Position numbers and translations under genes: made by a program. The notes beneath the pieces were generated by a model, which did no database searches, was not told where the DNA came from, and worked only from the letters and a program-made list of their open reading frames with translations. A DNA stretch of 64,000 bases from Takakia lepidozioides (Eukaryota > Plantae > Bryophyta): positions 77,438,001 to 77,502,000 of the forward strand of contig CM060732.1 in assembly GCA_030704615.1 (NCBI GenBank). The letters are read 5' to 3'. This document shows positions 14,501 to 26,599 of this stretch, piece after piece (position 1 is the first letter of the stretch; every line of letters begins with the position of its first letter).

Positions 14501-17125
14501 GGTTGGAGTTTATGAGTGTGTATCCTGGTGTGGGTGGCTATTGTTAAAGTCATCATACCATTTTTGACAGCCTTAGATGCAACCATTAGACCATGAAGCT
14601 GTTGGGTTAAGTATGTCTATCAAAGGTTACAATCAATCAAGGGAGTGCTGTGCTTGGCAGGCTGCCTAAGGAATTTCTCAGAGCAGCTGCTGTGGGTGAT
14701 GAACTATGATGGGTTTTTTGAAATGCTGCAAGCGTTGAAAGAAATTGGGAGTCTTGTTTTCTGGATGAGCCTTCTCGACACTGCTATGGTAACACTGATT
14801 TTGTTGCACTTGGAAAGACATGAAGACTAATTAAGCTGGCAAATAAAAAAGGCCCTTTGATTTTGCCCAGTGTATCCCTCGGAGTACTTATGGCTGATCT
14901 GTCACCCATTCCCTTTTCAGTTATACCTTGGTCTCTTGGGTTTTTGCACCTAGGTGTCAGCCATTTCAGGGTCCATTGGGGTGATCCCTCGCTTTCACGT
15001 TTGGTTGCCAGCTTCGAGAGAAGCGGGGCGTAGCCCAGAGAAAAAAGATATTTTGCTATGATTTCAAAAAAGACTTTTTAAATTGACCAGATGCTGTTGT
15101 TGATTTCTTACTGCCTAGGTTAGGCTTTTGTCGTGAAAGGTGATTATGCTACTGGCAAAACATTGCTCTTGATAGGGTTGTGAAAATCCCTCTAATCGCA
15201 CGTCAGATGTTTGCTGTACTTATGTTTTGCTTACCTTTAATTGTAAGTATGGAGATATCTCGATACTTATAAGGATATATATTCTAAGGGCAAGATGTAT
15301 TTCGTTAAGTTGATGGCTGTCTTGTTCTGATTGTCTGTGTCATCTAATGTTGTGGTGTTGTGGAAGTGCAACCCATACCCCAGATAGCCTCGATTGCTGA
15401 GCCATGTCTGGAGGAAACTTACTATATTTAGGGCGCATCACTTTTGCAGAGGCAAACCGAAACAGTGCACTTCATGCAAGTGGTGCCGTGGTTAGGTGTT
15501 GTCCCAAACAAGGAAGGCCAGCTGCAGCAGTTGCTCGCTGATGATAACTACAGTCCTTTGGTGAATCTATTCAAGGAAGCAGCGAATGAGGTTCTCTCTC
15601 ACCCAGCTTGTCTCAACAGCTCCGCATACATCTCCATAGCAAAGCAAGGAGAGGTTGCAGGTAAGTCTTTTAGCCGTCTCTTTCACTCGGTAGGTATTGT
15701 TATCTGGATGGATGTTGAGACTCATAGGCTAAGGAAAGGAAAGGGACGGAACTTTATAAGCTCCACAGGAAGCTTAAAACACACATATATGGTGTTCACA
15801 GGTCAAGTAGAACAACATTTTTTTTCACCGTCTGCTCCAGTTCAGCTTTCCTTAAGACTCCTAATGCACAGCCAGTGATGACCAAATCATAATCCCCCAA
15901 CTCGACAGAACGAAAGCAACATCTATTAGTGCGTGAATTGTTGAAAGTGTTACTTCGATTGGATTGAGGGAATAGGAAGAGCAGATTGGAAATATGTCAA
16001 TTTGGTTGAGACCCTGACCTGCATGTGCAGATATTCTGTACATGAACAATCTACAGACGGGCAGCATTTTGGACTACACACTGGCATACCTCACTGCAGT
16101 GCTAGCTCGTGTGCGTGACAAGTGGGATGCACCGTCCAAAACCGGACTCATTGAGATTACGACATCCAAGGAATATCATCGAATCTTTAGTGGCCTCCAA
16201 TTTGTGAGCTCCCCCGTCTTCTTCAAGGGAAAGAGTCAGACGCACTGGGTTGTACTTTTTGTTCATATATAATAGATAATGAACACTGGGTGTGCTTGAT
16301 TTTTCTAAAAATAGGAAAAGCTAGAGACGGCTTTGTTGTCAAAGTACCAAGGTCTTGGAACTGCTCTACACCAGTGTCAATAAGAACTACTTCCTGTAAG
16401 CTTTGGAATGACTGAATTCCTCGTATGATAACCATTGCTTTCACACTGATTAGCTATTATGCGATTGGTACCAGGTCTATTGCCAGAACCCAGTGGAAGC
16501 GGAGACCTTTCATGAGCGGTTTGGAGATGCAGTTGCATGGGGGGGTTGCACCATTGTGCATCTACTAGGCCAAGAACTACGATTTGAGCTTCTGGACTTC
16601 AGCTACCATGTCCTCTTTGTGGCCGAGGTAGCAGACTCATTGCCCTCAAGCCAGTCACCTGTCCCAGACAAGGCCAAGGGGACATTGTCTTCATACCCTC
16701 TGGTAAGGCCAGGTTCATCCAACCGAATAAATGTTTTTTTTCTCTAATGGTTCCTGTTTTCTTAGCTTTTTGATGCTTTCCAGAGCTGTGGAATAGATGT
16801 GTGAGTAGTGTTTGGTCGCAGACAAGTAAGGGCTGGTTCATCCTATGGGTTATTGTACAAAATCAAACTGATAGGTGATGTTGAGGTTTCATCATCTACT
16901 CTTCCATACAAGATGATGTTGGACATTGTGCAGGAAGTAGCAGGATTTTTGGATAATGCAAAGAAAGCTCGAAGGCTCAACAATCATGTGTTTTCACTGT
17001 TGCGGGCTCGGGCACCACACGGTGACAAGTTGGCATCCATGATCAAACAGAGTGGTTCTGTAGTGCATCGCATCAAGTACCCAGTCACCCCTTCTGTACT
17101 CGATAGCCTTCCCAAGCAGGAGTAA
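805..17125 (+). CDS. PIR: PIROGI/SRA1/CYFIP subunit of the SCAR/WAVE complex; multi-exon, first coding exon upstream of the window
   Basis: Spliced exons give CYFIP peptides (VLYTYRSCVKALPQ, LDHLKNAKASIPNDFSWYKR, DPVIPAFPDLH, WEQCAWKFSRP, QFPIECSLPWILVDHV, FGDAVAWGGCTI). Exons read by eye: 805-877, 1189-1253, 1587-1664, 2457-2576, 2832-2902, 3396-3488, 3741-3810, 4004-4068, 5829-6024, 6601-6752, 7746-7839, 8465-8677, 9245-9456, 9614-9761, 10062-10230, 10720-10796, 11100-11270, 11420-11496, 11900-12002, 12262-12381, 12582-12725, 13273-13422, 13762-13905, 14091-14178, 14661-14788, 15450-15660, 16031-16203, 16475-16702, 16934-17125 (TAA). Confidence 0.95.
1884..2213 (-). mobile_element. TRIM (miniature LTR retrotransposon) with a tRNA-like unit in its LTRs, in a PIR intron
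   Basis: Complete LTR 1884-2029 (TGTTGGA...TCCAACA). PPT TTGAGGGGGAG on minus at 2030-2040, tRNA-iMet PBS TGGTATCAGAGCC on minus at 2093-2105, 76-bp internal region. Second LTR copy is identical over 2106-2213 and then truncated. Confidence 0.85.
1905..1976 (-). pseudogene. tRNA-like sequence inside the TRIM LTR (second copy at 2127-2198)
   Basis: Minus strand GGACGGG-TAGCTCAGTGGTAGAGCA-CCCCACCGGAATGGGGG-AGGTC-CTAGGTTCAATCCCTAG-CCCGACC-A. Cloverleaf with intact A and B boxes, one acceptor-stem mismatch and an aberrant anticodon arm. Confidence 0.8.
4069..5828 (+). other. U12-type (minor spliceosome) GT-AG intron in PIR
   Basis: 5' splice site GTATCCTTTT matches the RTATCCTTT consensus; branch-like GCTTAAC at about 5803-5809 lies upstream of the acceptor CAG at 5828. 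Confidence 0.75.
4650..5625 (-). mobile_element. Cluster of 5'-truncated non-LTR retrotransposon (LINE) 3' ends in a PIR intron
   Basis: Three overlapping partial copies (about 4650-5210, 5270-5515, 5570-5625) share GCCAT(A/T/G)GACCCCG. They are reverse-complement homologs of 48965-49580 and 51240-51660 and are flanked by (GA)n. Confidence 0.7.
6753..7745 (+). other. U12-type intron in PIR with inferred AT-AA ends
   Basis: CYFIP homology stops at GA|ATATCCTCC. TCCTTAAT branch motif at 7729-7736. The frame (...ALE YQREYLIVNH) is kept only if the intron ends at ...CACAA (7745). Confidence 0.65.
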
Positions 17126-17843
17126 ACACGGCCAGCTACAGTAGTAATCTGTTTCTTTAGCACCCCTAGGTGAACATTGATGGGAGATGTCAAAAGTATA
17201 CCCCCGGCCTGGCATGCCTGCTGCACTGCTCCAGCTGGTTGATGCAGGAGACCTACAGTGGGTTGAATACGAGATGAGGATCGAAGTTCGATTACAATGT
17301 TTGAAATTTAAAATAATTTTGTGCACTTTGCTATGTAACATTTCTGAATGTCATGGAAAAATCTCCATTGGGGTGGATGGTCCACATTATGTATTGTTTC
17401 CTTGTCTACACATACTTTCAAGTTCAGTATCGCACAATACATGGCGATTTTCTCCTTGATGCTTTTCTAAGTGCCTGAGTCTAGTTTTGTAGCTCAACAG
17501 TTCAGTTCCTGCTAGCCAGCCGTAGGAAGAGAAGAAAGTAAAATGCTCATCAAAAGTTTGTTGCCATCATTAATAAGCATACATATAACTATTGCATTTC
17601 AAAGTCCCCTCCAAATCTCAAAATTATCCCCTGTTGTGACACTGCATCATGCACATTTTGATTGGGGTGAGAGTGACACTTGGATGTAAACATATTATTT
17701 TGACAAAAAAAAAGATGTATAACCTACAATGACACTCTAGTGATACAAGTCTCGTTGCAAATGCACATACAATTCAAAGAAGGTGAAGCATGCAACACTT
17801 CATTTGTAATTTAATCAAGATTTGGCCAAATTTAGAGTAATAG

Positions 17844-18490
17844 GTAGAGAGCGAGAAGACTCCGGCCAAAATTGGCGTAACTAAGAGCCACTTTGCTTTA
17901 GGAAGAGAGCGAGAAGACTCTGGACAAAGCCGGCGTACGAAGAGCCACTTCGCCTTGCGACTACTGCCTCGTGGGTGTCCTACAATAAAGAACAGTAGGC
18001 CGAATAAGCATGTGCCCGTTCTTCAATGGTGTTGGAGTAGGTGGTTTGAGAATTTAGGCAATCTCATGTTGCAACCAGTTGGAAGTTGGATCACTAGTTC
18101 AACCTTCAAGTCTGACTGGGGGAATCCCTGGCAAATGTTGGGGCGCAAACAAAATCAAAGTAGCGAGATAGCTGTTTGGTTTTGCCCCAACAAAATACAT
18201 GTGGCTTTAGAACTTAGCATAATATAGTTTGGAGGCTGCTATGTTGGGTCGCGTCCAGCCCATTTAGTCATAGAGGCTATTAGCTGGCAAAATTACAATC
18301 ACAGGGCATGAGTCAAATTTCACACCCCTTTCCCCGTCGCTTACAAAATTTGAGCCCCCATCAAAATTGAGAGTTTGAATCTGAAATTTGGTAGATGCAT
18401 GCACCATGACAATTTCCAGAGAGAGAGAGAAGACTCAGGCCAAAGCCGGCGTAACTAAAGAGCCACTTCGCCTTATGGCTACTGCCCCCT
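17844..18490 (+). repeat. ~57-bp repeat unit, two tandem copies plus a third dispersed copy
   Basis: AGAGAGCGAGAAGACTC...GGCGTA..AAGAGCCACTT at about 17845, 17904 and 18420. Confidence 0.6.
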
Positions 18491-20309
18491 TTCGGGGGTG
18501 GGCCCTATCATGACAATTTCCTATGATATGAAGTTTGGAGGGGTAGTCTTTCTTTGCTTGATCAACCGTTATAATTTCAGCGCTGCAATAGTAGATTTGC
18601 GTGTTTTTTTTGCATTGCCTAGCCATGGTAGGTGGGTATCCAACCCTAAGGTGGGCTTGCTGGGATTTGGCCCAAGCTCCGGAATCTGCCTAGGCCCTTA
18701 ACTTACTAGCTTTTAGCTCATGAGGTTGATGTCCCACACAGCCTTGCCCAATGTTGTGTGTAGGAGCAGACAGTTGGCCGGTACACCAAGCAAGTTGTAT
18801 CTTGTTGATTGATCATCTGTTTGAGTGCAGTACTTGAATGACAAACAAATGTCTACAGTGGTGCCCACCTAACCACCAAAACTAGCTTTTCTGCTCTGCT
18901 GCCCCTCAACCTTACAGACCCCACCCCCCCAAAAAAATTAGTTTATTTCTTTAAACAGAAATTAAATACATTTCTTAGAATAATATTGGCATTGCTTCCA
19001 TTTTTGTAATATTGTCTAAACTACATCTATATTGAACGGTAAATGGTCTCAGTTCCTTTTCTTGGGGAGAACGAAAGAACAAAACTAAAGAGGGTAGGTC
19101 TGGTTGTTGTCCAAATAAATACTTCAATGAAGATAATACTCACGTTGATCGTCCAATGAAAAACGAGGAAATAATTTCTGGTTTAATTGTTATATGGAGT
19201 GTTTTTATTCTTTTATTTTATTAAAAAAAACAGGGGACAGTGGCCCTGAAATTCATTTTTCAAAAGTAGCTGGCGGGATAACCTGTGTATGCCCATGTGG
19301 CGAAAATAACCAGATGTCATGTTTTGACTGATTGCTATATGACATGTGGCATGTAAAATGGATCCAAGATGGCGTGATCAGGCACCCGATATCCCCACCG
19401 TTGCATTATGGTGAATTTTTCGAATTCTACCCCACCTTAAGACCTGAACTAATTTTCCTCCTACTTAATTCCTGTGTACAAATAGCTCAGTCATTTGCAA
19501 TTCAAAATATGGCTATTTTTCTCATCTCTTCCATTGTTTGGGCCTGCCTTCTCAAGGCTGCAGGACTACTACGCAAGGGTTTTCGGAATGTGGTACTGCT
19601 TCCGAAAATTGGCAAGCGGGAGACTTTGTATACAAAGGTTCCACTTGGATTAGTGTGTAGAATTTGGGATTTTTTGGCACGACTACGCAAAGGGTTTATG
19701 GAAATTGGAAAGCTAGTGAGTTGAAGATGGAACATGTCATCTTATAGATAAATATATGTACATGATGTAGTTCATACGTCTAGTTGGTGCATGTTTGATA
19801 GGTGAGACTATGCACAGAGACACATTGCTCGGCAATGGTAAAGTTAAGGGTTTCATCCATCATGAGCCTTTCAATACAAAGATGCCACCTGGATTACTGC
19901 AGAATTTGGGACTTTGTTACAAGTATTCTTATATTCATGCCGTAATTATGTAAATCACTTTACAACCGATTAGTAATTTATACAACAAGGTAGGGCTTGC
20001 GTGAATTCCATGCATTTGGTGGCCCAAGACTATACACAAGGGGTTTTTGGAGTATAGTATTGATTCTAAAAATTTGCACATCCATATTTATAGATGAAAT
20101 AGTTAAACATTGATGTAGTTCATCCGGTCAAGTTGGTGCATGTTTGATCGGTCAAGCAATACATTCTTCAGTAATGGTGCAGAATTAGGGTTTCATCCAG
20201 TAGGAGACTTTCTATACAAAAATGCCACCTGGATTAGTGCATATAATTTGAAATCGCTTTACGCCCATTAATTAGCAATTTGTAACAATAATGTAATATA
20301 TGACACCAC

Positions 20310-20458
20310 CAGAAGGAAGCATAAATTATGGTGTCATAAGGGCTACTGCTTCCTGCTGAAAGGTGGACACCTTTGTGACACTGAACGGTGGATTGAACGC
20401 ACAACCACTTCTGAGGTGGTATGTTCCCATTTACCACTGAGCTACAACTTGGTTGTCT
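20310..20458 (-). mobile_element. tRNA-derived SINE-like repeat
   Basis: Minus strand has A box TAGCTCAGTGG and B box GTTCAATCC. Homologous copy at about 41090-41244 and a partial copy at about 63515-63566 share AGCATAAATT(A/T)TGGTGTC...CTACT. Confidence 0.7.
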
Positions 20459-21361
20459 AGTAATTTATACAAACAACAGCTTGCATGAATTCCATGCATT
20501 TAATGTTGAAGCTTCATATCCCACCGCTACAATTGGTGTTTTTTTAAATTAAAATAATAATAATAATAGAGGAAGCCCTTTGGAGCTTTATTAAAATTAT
20601 TGAAGGGAAAAAAATTAAAACCCTTGTAGCCCGAAAGGCCGCCTTAAGGCCCAAACACAGGGGGAGCCGTGACGGATAACTCGGAGAATGATAACGTCTG
20701 ATCAATGAGAAACAAAGAATGCGAACATTCTAGAAGCGGGTTGGAACCGGAGCCCAAGGAACTGGCCTTCCATGGGGAGAGGTAAACAATGAACAGCCTA
20801 AGAGGCTACAGAGAGTGTGGACTGTGAATGTGGAAGTGTGTGCCTAACAAAAGAGAATGACAGCGGGGAGAAGACTACAATCTGGGCACTCTATATCTAT
20901 GGTAGCAGAGTCTAGTCTTGGTAAGAGATTTTGACATGTGTCCAGTTAACCCTTAAAGGACGAGCTAACTTTTGGTGGGCCCACTAAAAAAAGTGTATAT
21001 ACACTTATGGATGGGGGTGTAACTTCTTACCCCCAATCATCCAGGGGGGTGAACCTTACACTTATGTGCATATCTACTATGTACACGTCCTGTAAAAAAT
21101 GTAGGCAAATTGACCATTGCATTTGGGAGATTATAACAAAATAATATGCCCCAATTTGTAAATGTATTCAAAAATTACATGAATGGTTTCACCATAAAAT
21201 TACAGTCTCGAGTTGAATCATCCTAGACAAAGGCCCTCCATAATCTGATTATATGGCACCTAAATCACTGCCTCCCACAAAAATCAGACCAAAACTCCAA
21301 AAATTCAAATAGGCTACTTTGTATGTGAAATCTGGGGGGTCAAATTGTCTTGTTTTGGCTT

Positions 21362-21891
21362 TGTCGTGCGCACACATATCGCTACACAACTACATCGCTG
21401 TCCAAACCACGCCACACATATATGCACAATAAAGTAGTCTGCCACAATGATAAACAAGCTAAAAGGGCACACACTCTCAACACAAGAAATATGAAATCCA
21501 TCGCTATCACTCTTTAAAATAGAAGTCGAGCCAGGGGCACCCCAAGCTATGGGGACTCCACCCCACAACAACCTACACTCCCATCATAAGCACACTCAGA
21601 TCTAAACGCATGAAGGAGCTCGGTCGCGCAGGCTCAACTCGAGAGAGCTGAGCTGCGCGACTGACGCTCTCGTGAAGATAAGGTAGTTCAGGTGTCAAGC
21701 TCAAACTTAACACCTGACTTAACACTTGAACTAAATCCAAGTGTTAAATACAAATAACTAGTTTTATTCTAGTTAGTTTCACACTGTGCTTATTTAACTT
21801 GACAGCTGTCGTGCGCATACATATCGCTACACAACTACATCGTTGTCCAAACCACACCACACATATATGCACAATAAAGTAGTCTGCCACA
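21362..21891 (-). repeat. 3' terminal repeat block Y-gc-X-t-Y of the DNMT retroelement
   Basis: Y copies 21362-21446 and 21807-21891 differ at 3 of 85 positions. X at 21448-21804 differs from 39898-40254 at 3 of 357 positions. Palindromic junction GACAGCTGTC at 21801-21810. Confidence 0.92.
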
Positions 21892-22151
21892 ATCGCCCCC
21901 CTAGCTGGTGGATAGGTCCCTCTACCTCCAGATAGCTACAAGATGTAATAGCCACAGCCGTCCTAAGTCCCCTATCACTGTCCCTATTGTACTCAAATTC
22001 TATAGACCAAGAGGCCGGGTACAAGAGTAGCCCCATCGTTAGTCGCCGTCTTGCAATCTGTGAACTTGAGCCAGGACCTCGTGTGTTCAAGGTCACCTAG
22101 TAGCTGGGCCTTGCGTTTCTTGTTAGTCTTCCATGGTTGTATCCACTCCCA

Positions 22152-23550
22152 CTATCCAATGCAATGTGGACATAACCAATCCCCATCCGGAACCATCTCA
22201 AGAGGTGGTGTCAAGCATCCCATATGCCAACCTCTAGAGCATCGATCACACACCAGCATGGTGGCTGCCCCTCTAGCAGACCCACACAACATGCACCTCA
22301 AACCTGCAGATATCACTGCCAGGTTTGGGTCAATCCTGCCATCGACATTCGGAAGGTGACATGGCGCACAATTACGCACATGGTCCTTCCAAGTTATGCC
22401 ATCCCGACCCTCCAAGACCAAGACGCCTGAGGGCAAGACCTCTCGAACCCTCAAAATAACACGTCCTGCAGTCACATCCAGGGTCGTAGGAGCAGTCTGC
22501 TGCAGATAGACATAGTCACCAGGGTTGAATCTCCGAACCCCAGGACGATAGCCCCCACCACGTATGGTAGCATACCTCAACGTATCATGGTGTTGTGCAA
22601 TGGCAAGGTTTTCGAAAGCCATGGGCATGACTTTCTTGAACAACTCTGCACGCTGCTCACATGCACGTGCCCACACGTCCGGATTGTCAAGGTTAAGAAC
22701 TGCAGCAGCTTCTCTGCGAATGGATGTAGGCAAATCCGGCTCTCGGCCAAAGAGAAGAAAGTATGGTGAGAAGGAGGCAAGTGATGCTTGCCTTATCAGG
22801 CAATGGAACCAACTCAATCCACTTGGAGAAGTGCTCCACCATCACCAACACGTACTTGTTGTGGCGCATGGTCAGTGGCAACGGCCCTATAAAGTCAAGA
22901 CTCCACCTGTAGCCCAATCCCATGATCGGAAGAGGGTGCAATTGTGGAGTAGGGGCGTTGAATGAAGCACGCACCCTGTCACACACCATGTACCTAGCCA
23001 CAAATTGTTGCACCTCTGTGTGCATACCACGCCACCAATACTGCCCCTGCAGTAGACTATGAGTGCGTCGCACCCCAAAATGCCCCAACTCCTCATGGGT
23101 ATGCCGCACTAACCGTGCCCGCTGTGTTGGGTGAGGCACAATCCTCACTCGACCATCCTCCCACACTCGGAGCAAGTGTGTCCCCTCCCACCTGAACCTC
23201 TTGGCTCGTTGTAGGATCCGATCCCTCTCCTTGGCAGTCACAGTGGCTGCCGTGTCTCCAGTGCGGAGGTAGTCCAACACAACTAAATCCTCATGTATAT
23301 CTTTGGCGCCACCTTGCTCATTGCTGGCCTTAGGGTCCTCAGACACTTGATCCACAGTCATCCCTGTTGCAGGTCCAACCTGGCCTTCCGCTGCCAAGAT
23401 ACATAGAAATGCAGATGCATGCCATCCGGGCACCATCTCCTCGTCCGTCTCACCATGCCACCGAGCTCCAGTGTCATCCTGTTGGCTCGTGCATGGATTG
23501 CGACTCAACCCATCTGCATTGCGATTGACCAAACCCGGTCGATGCACCAC
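22152..23550 (-). pseudogene. Integrase with deleted catalytic core and C-terminal PHD finger
   Basis: HHCC-like region (HEELGHFG...YMVCDR) and WSLDF...VMVEHFSKW, then a jump at about 22790 to SPYFLLFGREP in another frame. Ends in a C4HC3 PHD, CMLC...CDRC..GWHMGC...WLCPHC (about 22161-22295). Confidence 0.9.
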
Positions 23551-23565
23551 CTGAAAGTCATACTC

Positions 23566-24831
23566 TCAAAGGATGAATGCCCACCGTGCAAGCTTCCCCG
23601 TAAGCTTGTCTGACTCCATCAACCACTTGAGTGGTTGGTGATCCGTGACAAGGGTGAAGAGATTGCCGTATAGATAGCACCTGAAGTGTGCCACGGCCCA
23701 CACTGCAGCTAAGCATTCTCCCTCATATGAGCTATACTTAGATTCTGCAGCGTTGTTCGAGCGGCTAGCATAAGCCACTACGAACTCTCTTCCCTCATCA
23801 TCCACCTGTGTGAGCACCGCTCCAAGCCCCAGCATGCTCCAATCTGTATGCAGCTGAAAAGGACGCCCCCTGATAGGTCGTCTCAAGATGGGCGCCGAGG
23901 TCAACCTCGCCTTGAGCTCTTGAAAAGCTTGTTCTTGCTCATCTTCACACTGCCACTCCTGGTCCACCTTGGTCAGCTTGGTTAGAGCCTTTGCAATGGC
24001 ACTGAATCCCTTAACAAACCGTCTATAATAGTTTACTAACCCCATGAAATCTCGAACTCGGCTCACATCTGTGGGGCGTGGAACCTGTGCAATGGACTCT
24101 ACCTTAGTTTGCTGTACCCCCAATCCTCCAGGATATATCATGTGACCCAGATACTCAATCTGGTTGTGGAAAAACTTGCACTTTCCCGGATGTAACTTCA
24201 ATCCGTGCGCCCTCAAGCGCTCAATTACCCCCTGAAGGTGTCTCTCATGCTCCTCCACCGTAGCACTAAAGATGATGATGTCATCTATGTAGCACCGAGC
24301 AAACTCCACCCCTGCTAGAATCCTGTCCATGACTCTTTGAAACTCAGCGGGAGAGTTTTTAAGCCCAAATGGTAAGAACCGCCACTGGTATAGGCAATCC
24401 TTCCCGTGCTTATTGATCCCCCAGAATGTCGTCTTTTGCTTATCCGCCTCCTTAATCGGCAACTGGTGATATCCGGATCGTAAATCCAACGTGCTAAAGA
24501 CCTTGGAATGCCCAATGGCATCAAAGATCTCCTCTGGTGTCGGCATGGCATACCTATCGGACTTGGTCTGACGATTTACAGGCCGGTAATCACCGCACAT
24601 ACGTCTCTCCGTCCAATTGCCATAGACATCCTTCTTAGCTGGCATCACTGTGGCTGAAGCATACTCTCCACCAGAGAGCTCCACCAAACCTGCCTCCCAG
24701 AGATCTTGAGTCCTCATCTGAATCAAAGACCTCTCCATGTCACTGTATCTATAGGGTCTCCGAAAGATTGGCGTGTCAGTAGCCAATTCAATGCGAATCT
24801 CTTGACCCTTCAGTGCTCCCAAGTCCTTCAA
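23566..24831 (-). pseudogene. Ty3-type reverse transcriptase and RNase H
   Basis: [37 protein letters not shown]; RNase H motifs HTDWS, YEGECLA, VTDH. In frame with the DNMT segment across a stop at 24991. Confidence 0.95.
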
Positions 24832-25289
24832 ACTGAAGGCAAAGCAATTCCTGTAAGCCCTCAGGAACCGCCGTATACGTCGTCTCTCTCCTCCGGTGAC
24901 AATGGGTCCAATGTCAAGCTCCCAATTGTCCTCCGTAACTGCAACCTTAAGTCCAGTGGGCTTAGAGGTAGAGGACGCGTCCCGTGGTTGCTATGCTGCA
25001 ACCTCTTGAGCAGTACTCCCTTCTTGCTCTGTCAATGACAAGGCCTCATCCTGCCCCATCATGTCATCATTGAGAACCTCCTCAACCCGAGAAGAATCCC
25101 CAACCGCATCTATCACAGCTGCCTTGGCTGCCAACTCCTTATGAGCCTCGAGCACCTCCCACGTGTGCCATGGATGCGGCCTGCACCTTGTGGTCATCAC
25201 CTGCTCGCCCCCACTCGCTGCCTGTACCATCTCGGTAGGCAGAGAGACCGTGAAGGGGAGTGTACTGCGTACTCTGCGCTGCTCAGCCA

Positions 25290-26250
25290 TAGCCAAGCTG
25301 ATAATCCAAGTCAAGCAATTGAGATCCATTGCTTGCCCCAACACCTGACGACGTGATGCCTCAAAAAGAGAAGGCACCGCCGTGGTCCCAGTGGAAAACC
25401 CCATAGCCCGCTCTCGCTCGTCGGCATTAGGCTCCACTAACTGTTGCAACAGAGCATCCCACAGGAGGCCAGGTCCACCATCCCGAAAAGCATGGGATCC
25501 TGGGAAGCTGAGCAGTGTAGGTAATGCTGCTCGTGGTTGACCCACCCTGTTGACCACTGCCAAAGGCGAACGGTCATCGTGTCTCACACGTTGAGACTGC
25601 CTCCCTGTGTCCAAAATGCCATCCACAGTGAGATGTGCTAGCCGCTGCACCCCATCAAATGCACGCTTGAAAAATGCGGGTGGCATCAAGTTAGTCCACC
25701 AAAGCCGTGGACGATGAGCCCGTGACCCCACTGCAGCTGCATCCAACAACACTGCTGACCCAAGCCACGACCGGACTTGATGCACACTGGCCATCACCCT
25801 GGCCCGAGAATCATCCATCAGTGGCACATTCTCTAAGATGTATGCTGGAGATACAGCTTGATGAAGCTGCAAGTAGCGCAAAATCCGCACCATCTCCCAA
25901 AACAGACCCGTCCTCGAGTCTCGCAATCCATTTCCATGCCCGGCTGATGAATGCCCTTGGCAGGGCCAACCTGCCACTACCAGATTAATGGAACCAACCT
26001 GCTCCAAATCCTGCGCCCCCAGCAAAGAAATGTCTGCTGGCAAGGCTTGTTGGTATCCACGAACTGCAGACACTGGCAACAAAGCAGGGTACTGCTGTAC
26101 CAACTGAGCAACATGGCGTAGTGAGACGCTCGTGCAGTCTCATCCCTCTCCACATACAGGTAACGCCTTACCCGCACACCTGCCTGTAGCACAGCAGCCA
26201 ATCCGGTGCTGATCCCTCCAAACAAGTCCAGAAGGCAAATGCCTTCATCC
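25290..26250 (-). pseudogene. DNMT3-like C5-cytosine methyltransferase domain between protease and RT; one frameshift near 26130
   Basis: Motifs in canonical order: I LLDLFGGIS, II YLYVE, IV GWPCQG, VI LENV, VIII AHRPRLWWTNL, IX ERERAMGF, X RRQVLGQAMDL. Confidence 0.92.
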
Positions 26251-26599
26251 GGATACTGCCACACAATAGGTGTGGTATCCAAGGGTGACAACTGAGGTGG
26301 TCCTGGTGCAATACCCGCACTCTCCTCCTCTCCTGACGGTACAAAAGCCTCTACCCAGGCTTGTTGCACCCGTCGATCAGCAACCTGCTGCAAATCCTTG
26401 CTCGTACCCCACAATGGAGTGTGAGCAACCATGGCAGGCAACTCCGCCATACCATGCATGTCATCCTGCTCTGCTGGAGGTGGCACATCCTCTGCATGGG
26501 CATTGCCTTCCAGCAACTCTCTAGGCCAACTAACTGCAGCTGTAAATGCAGCTAGTGTGGGCATCTTGCCTCGCTGGGCAGCCGCAATACCCCCAATGA

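Noticed and set aside
17844-18490. CRISPR-like array
   Set aside because: Eukaryotic context, degenerate units without unique spacers, and no cas genes.
19600-20500. Local imperfect direct duplication
   Set aside because: Degenerate, non-coding, no termini found; likely old repeat debris interrupted by a SINE.
24991-26250. Host DNA methyltransferase gene (MET1, CMT or DRM) or bacterial contamination
   Set aside because: It is intronless, continuous with protease and RT, lacks BAH/chromo/UBA domains, is not permuted, and lies within the element's repeats between plant genes.
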